Source: Tubiluchus corallicola
Lineage: Eukaryota; Animalia; Priapulida
Length of the DNA: 64,000 nt
Reading direction: 5' to 3'
Assembly: GCA_030141605.1 (NCBI GenBank)
Contig: JAQGDQ010000317.1
Coordinates: 209,958 to 273,957, forward strand
In this document: positions 1 through 12,490 of the stretch, in pieces
Layout of the letters: each line of letters starts with the position of its first letter
Position numbering within the stretch: the first letter of the stretch is position 1
Made by a program: the position numbers and the translations under genes
Notes under the pieces: model-generated
Seen by the model: only the letters and a program-made list of their open reading frames with translations
Told to the model about the DNA's origin: nothing
Database searches by the model: none

Positions 1-367
1 AAGTTAATGAATGTAAGTAGTGTAAATAATTAAAATACATTAGAAAGATATCATTTAATAATGTCACATTATTTATATAATAATATGAAAGCTTAAAAGT
101 CTACTGATCGTAGCCACATGGTTTGACTGTGCTCTTCCATTTTATGTGTATTTCTAATTCGTGATTGTGGTAATGTTGTATGTTATTCTTGAGTTTGATC
201 TGTGCAGAGTTATTCTCTATTTTTGGACAAGTTACTGTGACATTTTGAAGATGTATTAGTCCCATGGCAGTGCTGCTATGAAAACTAGTAAGTGGAAACC
301 AGCAGATTTTTAGGAATACTAACTACAGTGCCTACAAGCAGAAAAGTCAGATCTGGAATTTTTGCAG

Positions 368-1341
368 GCTCCAGGTGCAGCAACGTCTGGCGGCAAACCA
401 GGAAGAGACGTGGATGACAGAATTGAAAAAGTGAAGAGCATGTTTAGACAGCGGCCAGCCAGCATGGCATCTCCGCAAGATCACAATGGTGAGCAGTGTT
501 ATTAACTTATATTAGAAACTTGAGCTTGACTGCCAAAGCAGGTAAACAAAAATTTAATCTTTTTTACTCAAGCTTCTGTTTTGAGGAAAAATGCACTGTT
601 TAATGTAGTAACACATGTACATGGCAATTTATAGTTCAGCTAGTAGCATAAATAGAAAAAAACTTAAATAAATAGCAATGTTGCAATTGTTTATTAAAGA
701 AAATGTCTTGATGTATTTCAGGAGCTGGGCTATCTCGTAGAGAATCTGGACTTAGTGGAGGTCGCCCTTCTTCTTCAGTATCCTCCCCAGAGGGTTCCTC
801 GCACGAGTTGCTAGGCTTTGCAGAGGTGAATAGTGAATAAACTTTTATTTTTTGTTTATAATATGTCTGTGTCTCGTCTAACTGCTGCCTTTGAGACAGG
901 ATTGGTGGATAATAAAATGATTCATTTGCCTAATGAGAATGTAACTCAAACAAAACAGCAGTCAGATATACAAAATTGATAATTGTTTCTTGTTTGGTTA
1001 CATGTAAACTTTTGTAATGATGAGTGAGATTCTAATTTGTCAAACTAATAATGCATTATGTTATTTGCAAGCATAACATTAAGGTAGCTTGAAGGAATAT
1101 CTGTGTGCGAAATACTACACAAGCATGCAAATTGAATTTAAGCTAGGAGATTTTCAGTTACTACTATGTTCTGCATGATATAATAGAAATAAACTGAGCT
1201 AACTGAGAATTTTTCTTATATTTGGAACAGGATTGCAATAGTCCCAACCATTCTGCTGGTTCTACTAGTTCTAATTTGAGCAGCGAACCCAGCCCGCTTA
1301 ATAGAAGGCATCCTTATGATCGCGGGGACACGGAGAGCTGA
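368..1341 (+). CDS. Last three coding exons (368-488, 722-825, 1231-1341) of an unidentified gene entering from the left; Ser/Gly-rich disordered C-terminus ending ...RRHPYDRGDTES*
   Basis: GT-AG boundaries with compatible phases (1, then 0) give one open frame: APGAATSGGKPGRDVDDRIEKVKSMFRQRPASMASPQDHNGAGLSRRESGLSGGRPSSSVSSPEGSSHELLGFAEDCNSPNHSAGSTSSNLSSEPSPLNRRHPYDRGDTES*. The exons are GC-richer than the flanks. A long AT-rich putative 3'UTR follows, with AATAAA at ~2118 and ~2938. Family not recognised. Confidence 0.7.
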
Positions 1342-3512
1342 TTTATGAATGGAAGTGTGTAATCCTATTTCAAAAGAGTGTCTCAATAGTATCAAATGCC
1401 CGAGTGTCTTGTATGAATGTGATTGTTGGATAGTGTCACGTTAGTAACAAAATCAGTTCAGCTTCAAGATGCTTCATTGCGTTAAAATTAAACAATTTCG
1501 ATTCTCGACAAGCACATTTTATAGTGGCACAGATATAAATATTGTGTTAGTCTGGTTCTAATGCAAAATAATGATATTTGCTTCGAGACAAAAGTAATTG
1601 TTAATTAGGCAGAGTTATATGAATTGTCGCTGTAAATTAATTGCTGGTTAGTTGCCTGTTGATGTGTATGCAGTTTAGACGCCATGCTTTTCTTACAGGT
1701 ATGGGTACGCTTAAATATAAGTAATATATTGGTAAATTAATAGCTTAATTGTTGAGTAGGAAAAAACTAGTTATTAATAATTATTAACACTTGCAGTTAT
1801 GACTGAAAATGTACGAGACTGGAACAGGGTGATTTTTTTTGTACATAAGATGACAAGATGTGCCTCTGGCCTATCAGCTAGCATTAGGTTTTTGTTATTA
1901 TAGTAATAATGTGATTCACATTGTTGTTTAGGACGTTGTACGAATATTGTGTGTACTGTTTTTGTTCATGATTGGGCACTCTCCTTAATGTAATTTACTA
2001 TTGTTATTGTAATTTATAGCAAAAAATCAAGTGCTTTAAATTATAATTCTTTCGTACTACAAAACTTTGCATCTACCTTCTGGTGTTTTTCTAATTCTTA
2101 TTCTCACATTTCGAGTGGAATAAAACACATTATATCGCTTCTACTTTTTGTTTTCATTGGCAACGTTGTTACACTATTTAAGTATGCCGATTAAGTTGAA
2201 GGATGAAATGTAGAACTGATTTGTTATTCACCTGCCATATTAAGTATATATTAACATTGTGTACATGTATGTACATTTAGTATTACAGGCAGGCTGCTTA
2301 TGCCAAGAAAAGGCCAGTTTTGCTTTTTGTCATACTATCAGACATTAACTATTACATTCTGGTCTAATCTAATTTATGGACAGGAGAAATTACTATGAAG
2401 GATAATAAAATTATTTATGAAACATACAGGTTACTTTAACATTCTAAGTTTGGTAGCAAATGTTAAAAATGTGTGTAGTAGGTTTTCATGAAATCTTTGT
2501 TTATGTGTAACTGCATTAATGAGGTAGATGATGCATTTTAATGTTATGGACATGTCCTGTGCTAGATATTAAGCCAGTGCTTTTGCATGAGTTTGTCACA
2601 TTTAAATGGTATTGACTACATCTATTTATGTTACTTATAAAAATATAAATTACCATGTTGCTGTTACAACAGTGGAAGACAGAAATTATCCTCAATATTT
2701 ATAGCCAGGTTGGATACATAGTTTTATCACTGTGTTCTTTAATATTCTCATTTTGTAAATAATAACAGCTATATATATATGTTAATGCTTATTGGGATTT
2801 GTAACAATCTTATGGAGCACACACCTGCATGAGAAACTGGAACTTGTCATAAAATTTAAAATATCGAACATATTAAATTTATCAGTTAGTAGTAGAATGA
2901 CAAGTAGCTCCAGTAGGCTGCGTGATGAATGAAAATGAATAAATGTGGCTTTTAATTTAGAACGGAGATTTGCAATGCAATTGAAAATTAAGCATAACTC
3001 TCAAATTACTTTTCAAGCACAAACTAAAATAATTACCTTTTCTCTATAGTACTGCCTCATTGTAAAAACATGTTTGTGTTTTAATGGCTTACATTTGAAA
3101 GTAATTATTATTATTATATGTAAAGAAAATGATTATTGTATCAGTTGTTGTGTTTTGTGATGTGTACATAACATTAATAGCATTAAATAATGCACGTAAC
3201 AATATCTACTGCTATCTTTGTATATTTTTTACAAATTATAACAAAACAGCTCCTTTGCATATAATACTTTAAGTAAAAGTTTGTATCACTTGACTGATCC
3301 ATTTTCTGAATTACAGACTCTGTTATGAGATTCTTTATCAATACTTATTTTAAAAGTTAAGGTAAGATTCAACTATCATAAGGTCATAAGGTGCTATAAA
3401 GTTCGTAAGCCTGCAGCTATCATTCCAATCATCAGACATCGATTATTTTGTAATTACATTCTCCCTTATCTGTTGAATCTTTTTCTTTGCATTTTCTTAC
3501 CTTTGTCTCTTT

Positions 3513-3636
3513 GTTTTCTTTCAGTTTTTCTTTTTCTTCACTTCATATTTTGTGGTTATTTTGCATTTCTTATTGCCGTCTTTCTTCGTTTTCTTTCAGT
3601 TTTTCTTTTTCCTCACTCCATATTTTGTGGTTATTT
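3513..3636. repeat. Local duplication of a ~48-bp pyrimidine-rich unit
   Basis: ttttctttcagtttttctttttc(t/c)tcact(t/c)catattttgtggttattt occurs twice, 76 bp apart. It explains the spurious Phe-rich ORFs 3473-3756. Confidence 0.65.
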
Positions 3637-3976
3637 AGTAATCCAGCTAACCGATTTTGTACTTTGATACCATTTCTATCACTGCATAGTGCACAGGACA
3701 ACATTCTTCCATCCGCATTCTCCATCTTGCGGGTAAACTGTACATTTAGTTTTTAAGCGAGTATAAAGTTAAGGGGGTACTCGCAGGTGCTTTCAAGGTA
3801 GTATTTACCAATAGTATTATAGTTCACACAGTCAGTAAAAATCTGATTAGCATGCCAAATTTTTACTCTAAGGCACAAATCTATAAAGGGCTAACAAAAT
3901 AAAAAATTTTCTGTATTTTTTAAGAGTTGTACCTTAGATCTGAATCTATAGAAACTTCAATTACTGCAACCAAAAG

Positions 3977-6900
3977 TCATTTTAAAATCCTATACAAGTA
4001 GTGCTTAATTCCAGATGTATTCGCAATTTCAGAGAAATGAACAGTTTGTTTGGGATAAAACTTTTCTAGTAAGTTAAGACGTAATTCAGGATCCTCGTCT
4101 GTTATCATACCAAACACACCACCAGGTGATGTCACTCGTAGGGCTTCTGCAAATATTCTGTGAGCCATGTTCTCACCATTGCCATGGTCTTTTAAAGCAG
4201 AATCCATAGTGCCTTTATCAAGAACCAATCCAAATTTGTCTGACTGCAGTGGAAGATTTGTTGCATTGGCGATTATATACTGCATTGTTCCGAAATGTTC
4301 TGGGGTGCTGCCATCTAGCGGATGAGACGCTAGCCACTTACTGGCAATTCTTTTTGACATCAGCACGGCCTTTGGTGAAAAGTCTAAGCAATAAACATGA
4401 GCAGAGAATTCCCTCATTAAGTGCAATGATATGGCAGATGTTCCACAACCAATATCCAGTACCTGGAACAAAGTGTTATTTTACAGATTAGCAATGCATG
4501 CAGGTGATCAAATTAATGTTAATTTAACTAACTGCTACCTGCATAGTGCCATAAGTACTATGCTGCAATAATTACATGTATTAATAATACAATAAACCCA
4601 ATGAAATAAAAACAAATATGAGAGATCGTAAAGTAACCCACATACTGTTTCCATCTCTTTCAGTCTGTGTCTACGTGAAGAGTATAATTTACAGTAGTGT
4701 ACGGCTGTTAATTTTGTCGAAATGATATTCCTCGAGAATTTGTACTCAATTTGTGAAAATGATACGCCAGGAAAAGTTGCTGCTAACAACTAATTCTGTC
4801 ATTTTGGCAACAGAATACACGCAGAAAGAAATGGATAAACATTCATGGCATGATTCGTTGCAGTATTGCCAATATTAGTAGCAATAATTATTGTTAAATG
4901 CTTGCCTGGTAATTCTACCAAGAGGTGTTTTACTGTTTATCCTTTCCACTACTAGTGATCATTCTAGGCCAGTTTGTAAAAATATATTTTTGACGTTATG
5001 ACATTTTTGTATTGCATTTGGAAATATTAAAACAATTGTCATTAGAAATGTAAAGGAGGTCTTCAAATCCTGCTCAGGGCAGTTTGATACCTTGCTCGGA
5101 TAAATAAAGCTTTCCAGGCCAAGGATATTCCATCCTGCTGTTGATAACAGAAACTAAAAATTAAACGTATATAATAAGTATATCAAGTGATCATTAGCTT
5201 AATTTAGGTAAATATTGCAAAAATGTAGCATACTAAATACTATATTCATTTCTTTACTATCAACTATTAAAATTTCATAATTGCATAAATTTACTGTTTT
5301 ACAAATGAATGACGGCGGATTTCAATTTACTTTTGACAACTTTCTGCTGGTATCATAACTTTTAATAAATGTCTTGAAAAAGCAGCTGCCCTGCAGCATG
5401 AAAGTATATATAAATGAAATGTCAAAAAAGATCTTGAGAGTTTGAATTCAAAGAACGTGACAGTAGATCAAACATAACACGGCTCAGCATGTATAATCTT
5501 CTATTTGTCCTTATTGTCTGCACTTTAACACAAAGGTAAGTGCAGTTAAGCAGTAATGAAACGACTGCTAGTAAAAGATTGATTTAACAGGTTTTTTGTA
5601 AAATATTTTCGTGCAATCGCCCATATCTTTAAAAAATTTGTAATATGTCAGTAGAAACAGTGAAAACAGTTGCATTATTCGTCTCACTAGTTTGCAATTT
5701 TGCTGACTATAGTCATCACGCCAGAAAATCATTTCCAATATTTCTTAATTTATATGGTATTTCATAGTTCTGTGTACCTATTACAGAGTAATATTGGGTG
5801 CAGATAATCGAGGAACATGTTACCCGTGCTGTCCAGATAAAGCTTGTTTTAAAGACACACTCAACGACGAAATAATACCTTGTCCAACTCTGACTGACAG
5901 TGACTGTCCTCACGGAATTGTAACTGATCCATGCGAATGCTGTCAAGTTTGTGGACTGGTAAGCTTACAAATTCCAATTAATAATAATAATAATTACGAA
6001 TTACAAAAATAGTTTTCGTGATTTAGAATTTTAAAGATTTTATAAAGCTATCACACAGTTTAAAAAAAGGAACTGAAACAATTGAACTTAATCCACATTT
6101 GACCCCTACAAACCTAGAGAACTCCTTACAGTGATCAAAAATTATTGAACGTGAACTAATATTTTGCACATTTTTATTTCGTAATTAAACAGAAATTATA
6201 CCATGTAATTATTTTACATATCTTCAACACTGTTTCTTATTGTTTTATTCTCCTATTCTTGGTTACAGCAACTATAGTGCCATTGAAACAGCAAGCTTGC
6301 GACTAGGCCTCCACTGCATATTTCATAAAATAAATCATTATTGCTGATTATTTAAACAGTTCTGTGCATGCTGCACCAGTATCCAGCATTTCAATCGCAA
6401 AGCCTAGTACTGATAATGTTGAGTGGTTGTGAAAAGACCATAAGTTAGTTAATTATCAAGAAATCAAGAATAATTCTCTTAAGATCAGACATTGAACCTA
6501 CAGAAATGTCACATTCGGGTTCACATAATTATATTCTTGCTCATCAAGAAAAATGGGTGGAGACAGCGTGGCAGATGAAACAAGTAAAAAAGCAGTTTTC
6601 CCAGTGGTCATCATCCACTTACATACCAGGGTACTTAACTACCCAGGTACCCAAGTGCCCAGCATACACCATGATCACCCAGTATTGTTGCTCCATGTTT
6701 GCATAAATTGTTTTATTTGTAGAAGCCTAACAGCTTTTTAAAACGATTTTTTTGTCAGGGTCCCGGAGAAAACTGCTATGGTCCAACAGGTTGGTGTGGT
6801 GAAGACATGACTTGTGTCACATTAGACATAACTAAGCAGAACCGAATTGTTCCGGTACCAGTGATGGAGATCAATGTCAAGCAGGCTGGAAAGTGCCTGA

Positions 6901-8764
6901 GAGACTTTGCAAGCATTGTTAACGAAGTTTTAAAGTAGAAAGAATAACAATTATTTAAAACTGTTTATTAACATCTCATACTTTCACTAAACAGTTTTAT
7001 TGTTTTACTGCTAAAACTTGTTTAAATTGTATTAGTAGTATTAACTTCTATTTCTTATTTTATTTGAGACGAATATAAATGAAAGGATGGGAAACAAAAA
7101 GTGTTACTCGTATAGTTCTTCTTTATGCAGTGATTTTTGTATTGGGATAAAAAAAATTTTGTAAAGGTTTCATGTACTATTTCTCCAATGTCTGGTTTAT
7201 CTTTGTACGTGGTAGATAGTTTAATTTGAGCATTGTGTCTGAAAATGTACACTAAAGTACTGCTCGAAACACAACATGAAAATGCGATCCGTTTTTCCGA
7301 AAGCTACAATTTTACACAAGTCACCCAAAAATTGCGCAAATTTTAAGTAAGTATTCTGGAAAGAATTATGCAAAACAATTTCCCAATGTTATGCAAACTT
7401 TTGTAACTAGTTAAATTTGATGCTGGTAAAAATACAAAACACTCATGAAATTTTGCAATTCAAGAAAAAATAGCTAAAATTTCACAACTGCATGAATGTT
7501 TTCTTCAGCCATGCAATACCACAACTTATCATTAGTTACTACAGCAATGCAGCACAGTAAATCGCTGCATGTGACATCATTGTGCGGTCTTTAGCCTAAG
7601 CCTTGACGAAGAAATGCAACTTCTTTATTAGGCATACCTCCAAAATTTGTTGAAGGTACAAGTTTTCTTAGTAACAGATTTTTGCAAGTGTCTCAAGAAT
7701 TGAAACTCTCTCTCCAGAAACAATGTTAGAGTAACAGTAAAAAGAAGTTCACATGAACAAGCATAACTCACACGACCGGCATTAAAGCCAAACAGGATGG
7801 TTATTAAAAATCACTTTTACTTGTAGTGGTAATCGATCATTGCCACTGAAGTGCACTGCCAGGTGCTTTTTTATGTTCCCATAATCTGACAGCCATTCAA
7901 AAGGCTCCAATGGTTTGTTTTGATAGTGTTTATTCCAATATTCTTGTCTGCTAAGATTTGGGTACAGAACTGCTGAAGAGCTGGACTCAGTGCCTGTTGA
8001 AAAAATCTTGACTTAATGCACTAATAATATTATTAGTAATTACATATTAGTTTTGCAATCTTTTATTAAGATTGAATTTTTTGTTCATAAATGCATAATA
8101 AAAATTAATGGAAAAAGTACATTACACTACTTTGTCGAATCTTTGACTTTGTAAACTAAGTTCACTAATGCGAGCCACTATTTACAGTAGTATGTCATCT
8201 GTCTAGTAGGTCAAAAGACTTATGGCACACACAAATGGTCCATATTTTTTCATCAAGTAAGTCAATGATTGTCTGTCACAATTCTCAGAGTTTTTCATGT
8301 TAAGTGTAATTATCTCATTTATTAGGACAAAATATCTTTTAAATCTCTCCAATAATCTTTAAAATGCAGGAAACATGAGTGGCACTCTCCGAGACCCCGT
8401 AGTTACTAGCAGTTAGACACCGCTTAAGCCCAGCTATGGCTATGTGTATGATGTGACAACTCTGTGCACATTTTAATAATTGTAAAAAGCTGGTATGAAA
8501 AGGCTTGTCAGATAATTTGCACACCCCTGGTTTGAAAAGTGTTAAAAGTTTAGCTTTTCATTAAAGCTGATTACTCTTTATGGAATAGCAGCTATGCAGG
8601 TTTTGAACAGAATTTCAGATTTTACATGAATGGAAAAATGCTATGTTTGCTCACAAAAGTTCATTTTTACATTTTCTGCATTTTCACTTGCCTCTATGGT
8701 GTGCTTGCTGCTGGAGAGGACAAATTCTTCTTTGTATACTTGCTCTCAGTGTGACACTTGTCAT
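3977..8764 (-). CDS. CSKMT: Citrate synthase-lysine N-methyltransferase (METTL12-like), ~243 aa; coding exons 8764-8692, 7993-7821, 4462-3977
   Basis: The spliced product has YWNKHY...FEWLSDY, motif I VLDIGCGTS, LDFSPKAV, motif II FGLVLDKGTMD, EALRVTSPGG and ITDEDPELRLNLLE (cf. METTL12 FSDEDPDVRLPCLE). The 7821/4462 junction is phase 0 GT-AG. The first exon MTSVTLRASIQRRICPLQQQAHHR is Arg-rich and lacks acidic residues, like a mitochondrial presequence. It joins in phase 1 via a GC donor and is less certain than the other two exons. Confidence 0.85.
5405..5414 (+). promoter_or_regulatory. Candidate TATA box of the nested IGFBP-domain gene
   Basis: TATATATAAA lies ~80 bp upstream of the ATG at 5489; weak evidence in AT-rich DNA. 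Confidence 0.4.
5489..6938 (+). CDS. Secreted single IGFBP (IB)-domain protein (SIBD/neuroparsin/perlustrin-like), 132 aa; exons 5489-5535, 5787-5958, 6759-6938; nested antisense in a CSKMT intron
   Basis: Signal peptide MYNLLFVLIVCTLTQRVILG, then TCYPCCPDKAC...CPTLTDSDCPHGIVTDPCECCQVCGLGPGENCYGPTGWCGEDMTC...AGKC. This is the IGFBP N-domain pattern CxCCxxC-x-GxGExC-...-CGxxxxC-...-GxC. Donors GTAAGT and GTAAGC; phases 2 and 0 are consistent; TAG at 6936-6938. Confidence 0.85.
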
Positions 8765-9184
8765 CAGTAACTAATCACACTCTCACTAGCCAAGAAAAAT
8801 ATTGATTTTCTATTTAGAGGCACTTCATATGTGGTCCTCAAACATTCTGCAAAAATTATAATTATAAGGTACAAGAGCAACGGGAATATAACGCACTAGC
8901 TAAAAGGACTAAAAGCTCACATGTTTAAAAGGTCAAACTGGATACTAGTACTACACTTTATTAAACAGCTCCTTCTAATTTTCTCAAAAATAATTACTAC
9001 AAAGCAAAAAATGAGATAGTTTACAGATAACAAGTGCATGCAGATCATTCTCGCAATAATGATAAGGCATACCACACGCATGGTAATTAGTTATTCTTGT
9101 CTCTAATACGAGTGGTTAATTTATTATGGATATTTATTTTTGGATTTTTTACCATGTAAATAAAGCAGTCCTTTACCATGAATG

Positions 9185-10140
9185 GCACAATACAATACTA
9201 TAGATGCTACATTAGAGCTGTGCCTAAGATACATTTAACATCCACTATAAATCATTTATTTTGCTTGTACAAAAATTTTGAGCTGATAAAATTCAGCCTT
9301 GGCAATAGTCTCCAAGATTACGGGAGATGTTTGCTAACTCCGGCATTGTTTTTGATATATTCAAGCACTCATTTCCAGTCCTAACTCTAATTTAATTTCT
9401 TTAGTTGTTCGACATAATCTTGTGCCAGATTGTACTTATGTGTAATTCGATAAACTCTCTCTCAGCTTTTTCCCTGATTTGTTTTATAATCACTCATTGC
9501 TTTCTTTATTTGCCTATTTTCTGCTTCTTCTTTTTAACTGATTTTCTCATTTTCAGTTTCATCAGTATTTACTTCCTTATCTATTCTATTCTTTGTCTCT
9601 TTCAAAATTTTTTCCAACTCCAACTTTTCCTTAGTCAACTTTTCTTGTTGCTGTTTATGAAACTCTTGCTGTTCTTGCAATTTTTGTACACTCAGGCTTA
9701 TACCTTCTTTCACAGTTTTAATTTCTTTTACTTCTTTCACATACTTCACACTACTAATGCAAGGTATCATTCACAACTTCTTTATTTGCAGTCCCTAGGA
9801 CCTTGTATGCTTTTTTTGAAATTCCTACAGATGCACACTCTACGTAGCTGCTTATAACATCATGAGCACTTCATTCCATCCTTACCAACTCTTACTCTTT
9901 TAACACACTTGGAACAAATTTCATGCCAACTAAGTTCCTCATCTTCGTCTTCATTGTTTTCATCATCTTCCAGCTCTTTTTGTTCTCTTAGCTGGCTATT
10001 CTCTTTGTCTTTCTTCATTAGTACTTCACTATCATCAACTTGCACAATTTCAGACAATGCCATACTCATTTCTCTGCCTACCAATTCACCACTCTCTTTT
10101 CATTCGACATTCTTAATTATCATCAGAACTAAGTGTTAAA
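9185..10140 (-). mobile_element. Decayed non-LTR retrotransposon ORF1-like fragment (acidic tract, PHD-like Cys cluster, coiled coil)
   Basis: Minus-strand frames give EDDENNEDEDEELSWHEICSKCVKRVRVGKDGMKC, then a K/E-rich coiled coil, broken by stops and frameshifts. The architecture is typical of CR1/L2-clade ORF1. Confidence 0.5.
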
Positions 10141-10245
10141 TTTAAGTAATTGTAGAACAATAAGTTTCTACAATAATGTGCTTGTAAGTATTATTTATTG
10201 TCAATGTTATACGTGTTGGCAAACTAAATATAGCTACTTACTTAC

Positions 10246-10376
10246 CCCCTGCAAAAAATTGCCAGTAAATAACCTGTGCTGCCTTTAGTCACCAAGCCAC
10301 TGTGACTCCTAGATGTACTTCTTATTAGGTACTGATGCATCCCTTTCACCAGTAATGCGACTCATAATTTTAGTCT
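10246..10376 (-). other. Probable 5'UTR exon of CSKMT
   Basis: Strong minus-strand donor GG|GTAAGTAAGT at 10245. The GC-richer segment sits between LINE remnants and has no in-phase join to the coding exons. Confidence 0.35.
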
Positions 10377-10759
10377 AAAAAGAAAAACCTTAAGTTAGTA
10401 ATTGTAACAATCAAGTTTATCTGTCTATAACATCAAAAATAGTAAGTATAATATTACTTAGTTAGTACACTATATAAACTATCCTGCTGAACTTTGCTAA
10501 TCTCTAATTGACTTCAGTGACCGCTATTATTGGCTAATTATCACGTTTTAACTTTTTCTCAGGCTAGCCTTATGTTAATTAACTTTTTATTCTTTGTTAA
10601 AAAAAGATATCGCTAGCACGAAGTAGTTTCATTAGCATGAACATCAAATCTTTACACGAACCACGGGAAACTCATAACAAAGAATATTGTATGTCTAGCT
10701 TACTATATCACCTCACTCTATTCCTTCTTGTTCATTAAATTATGTTGAGCCTGGTTTGA

Positions 10760-11520
10760 GATTTTTTATAGCCATTTTAACCATAACGTCTCCCTGTTCA
10801 AAAGCCTTTTGAAGGCATCAATCACTTGACTGGCAGATGCTGTTTAATGCGGAGAAGTATGAGTGCAAGCATTTTGGTTTTAATAATGTGCGTCATATTA
10901 CTTTATGGGAGATGTGAGATTGGAGAGTACTACTGAAGTTAAAGATTTGGGAGTGTTAATAAACGTCGTGCAGTCAATATGCGGAAGCAGTCAGGAAGGC
11001 TAACAGAAAGTTGGGCATAATAAAAATGTCTTTTAGTAACACAGACAAACACGTAATTGTGAAACTGTGCAAAAGTTTTGTTAGACCACACTCGGATTAC
11101 TGCGTGCACGCATGGAGACCTTATAAGGTGAAAGATATTAGACTGCTTGAAGGTGTACAAAAGAGAGCTATAAATTTGATTGAGTGTCCTAGTTTTGTAG
11201 TTAACATATGAACAGAAACTGAAGAGATGCACGTTAAAGCCCCTAGAACACCACCAACTGAGAGCAGATCTCATAGAAGTTTTTAGAATTGTGAATGGAT
11301 TCGAATGTCTGGAATGTAATGACCTTTTTACCTTTAGTGATGACACAGACAGCAGAATAAGAGGTCACTCCAAAAAATTAGTGAAAAGAAGGTCAGACTT
11401 GATCTCAGGAAATACAGTTTTAGCCAGAGGATTATTAATATACGGAGTCGGTTAAGGATGAAGTGGTCAATTCTACCAGTGTAAATACTTTCAAGAGTCA
11501 CTTACTTAACTGGTGCTTAC
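10760..11520 (+). mobile_element. 5'-truncated CR1/L2-type LINE, 3' end of RT ORF2 (pseudogenised)
   Basis: KDLGVL, VRPHSDYCVHAWRPYKVKDIRLLEGVQKRA, LRADLIEVFRIVNG, RGHSKKL and RKYSFSQRIIN appear across frameshifts. Confidence 0.85.
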
Positions 11521-11559
11521 TCAGGACCCTCTTCGTTACTATTGAGCGACCTTCGAGGT

Positions 11560-12450
11560 CACACTTCACTGAGTTTTTTCTGTTTGGCTTTGCACTTCAA
11601 ATTCGCTGATATTCTTCTACATCTTCCAAACATTCTACTCCAATATCGTTTCAATATTCCATTGCTGCTTTGATGCACTGGCTTACCTGTTTCAATACTT
11701 CATTATTTAAACTGGATACCTCTCTGCTTGTTACATTCTCTTTCTTATTTTAGTAAGTTTGACACACTCAAACAAATGCTCTGTTGTATCTTGTTCGACA
11801 CTACATAATGGGCATGCTAAGTTATTAACATACCTATTCTTATAATTTGGTTTTACTTCTATCATATTTAATCACACTTTTCATTATAGCACTAACATCC
11901 CGCAAGTTGCAGTTGGAAATATGTGTTCCTTTTTCAGGGCTAATTAATGATAACAGCCTTAATTTTGTTTTATTTGTTATTACTTGGTGGTATTGCACAT
12001 TTATCTTTATTTGTATAGCTTTCTTTACTTCTTTTTTCTATGTTCATCATTTTAATGTTATTACTTTGTTTTTATCTATATTAACTTCATTTTCATCCCT
12101 TATTTTCATTAATTCTTCATACCAACATTTTGGATATTCTCTTATAATTTGCTCCTTCAGTATTAACTTTGCTAGATGGTTGTCCAGGAGTGCAGCAAAT
12201 TAAAGTACCACATTAGTTTTTTGTACTGTATTCGTTTTTCCATTGGCCATGTTCGTGTTCCTATTAGTAAACCCCAGTAAAGTGTATTATGGCTTTAACC
12301 TAACATTTTCTTTAGTTGGTATGCTTGTATTTTCTCCAATTGTTGTATTTTCACTCGTTATATTACTATATTATTAGTCTATGTTTCAGCGTTACTGATT
12401 ATGCTCGATACTATAACGGTTCCATAATTTTAGTCCAATCATACTTGGAC
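11560..12450 (-). mobile_element. Decayed LINE ORF2 C-terminal region with CCHC zinc knuckle
   Basis: The minus strand at ~11760-11850 reads NYKNRYVNNLACPLCSVEQDTTEHLFEC within a K/I/N-rich disrupted frame. Confidence 0.6.
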
Positions 12451-12490
12451 TTGAAGAAGACTGAGGGGCACAATAGATAGGCTTCTCCAA

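Noticed and set aside
10246-10340. Coding first exon of CSKMT (MHQYLIRSTSRSH...)
   Set aside because: It ends in phase 2, incompatible with the phase-1 acceptor at 7993, and hits a stop if joined to the exon near 8764. Treated as UTR.
9405-12203. Hydrophobic Phe/Leu-rich ORFs (9405-9857, 11847-12203) as membrane proteins
   Set aside because: They are antisense shadows of K/E-rich LINE coding remnants.
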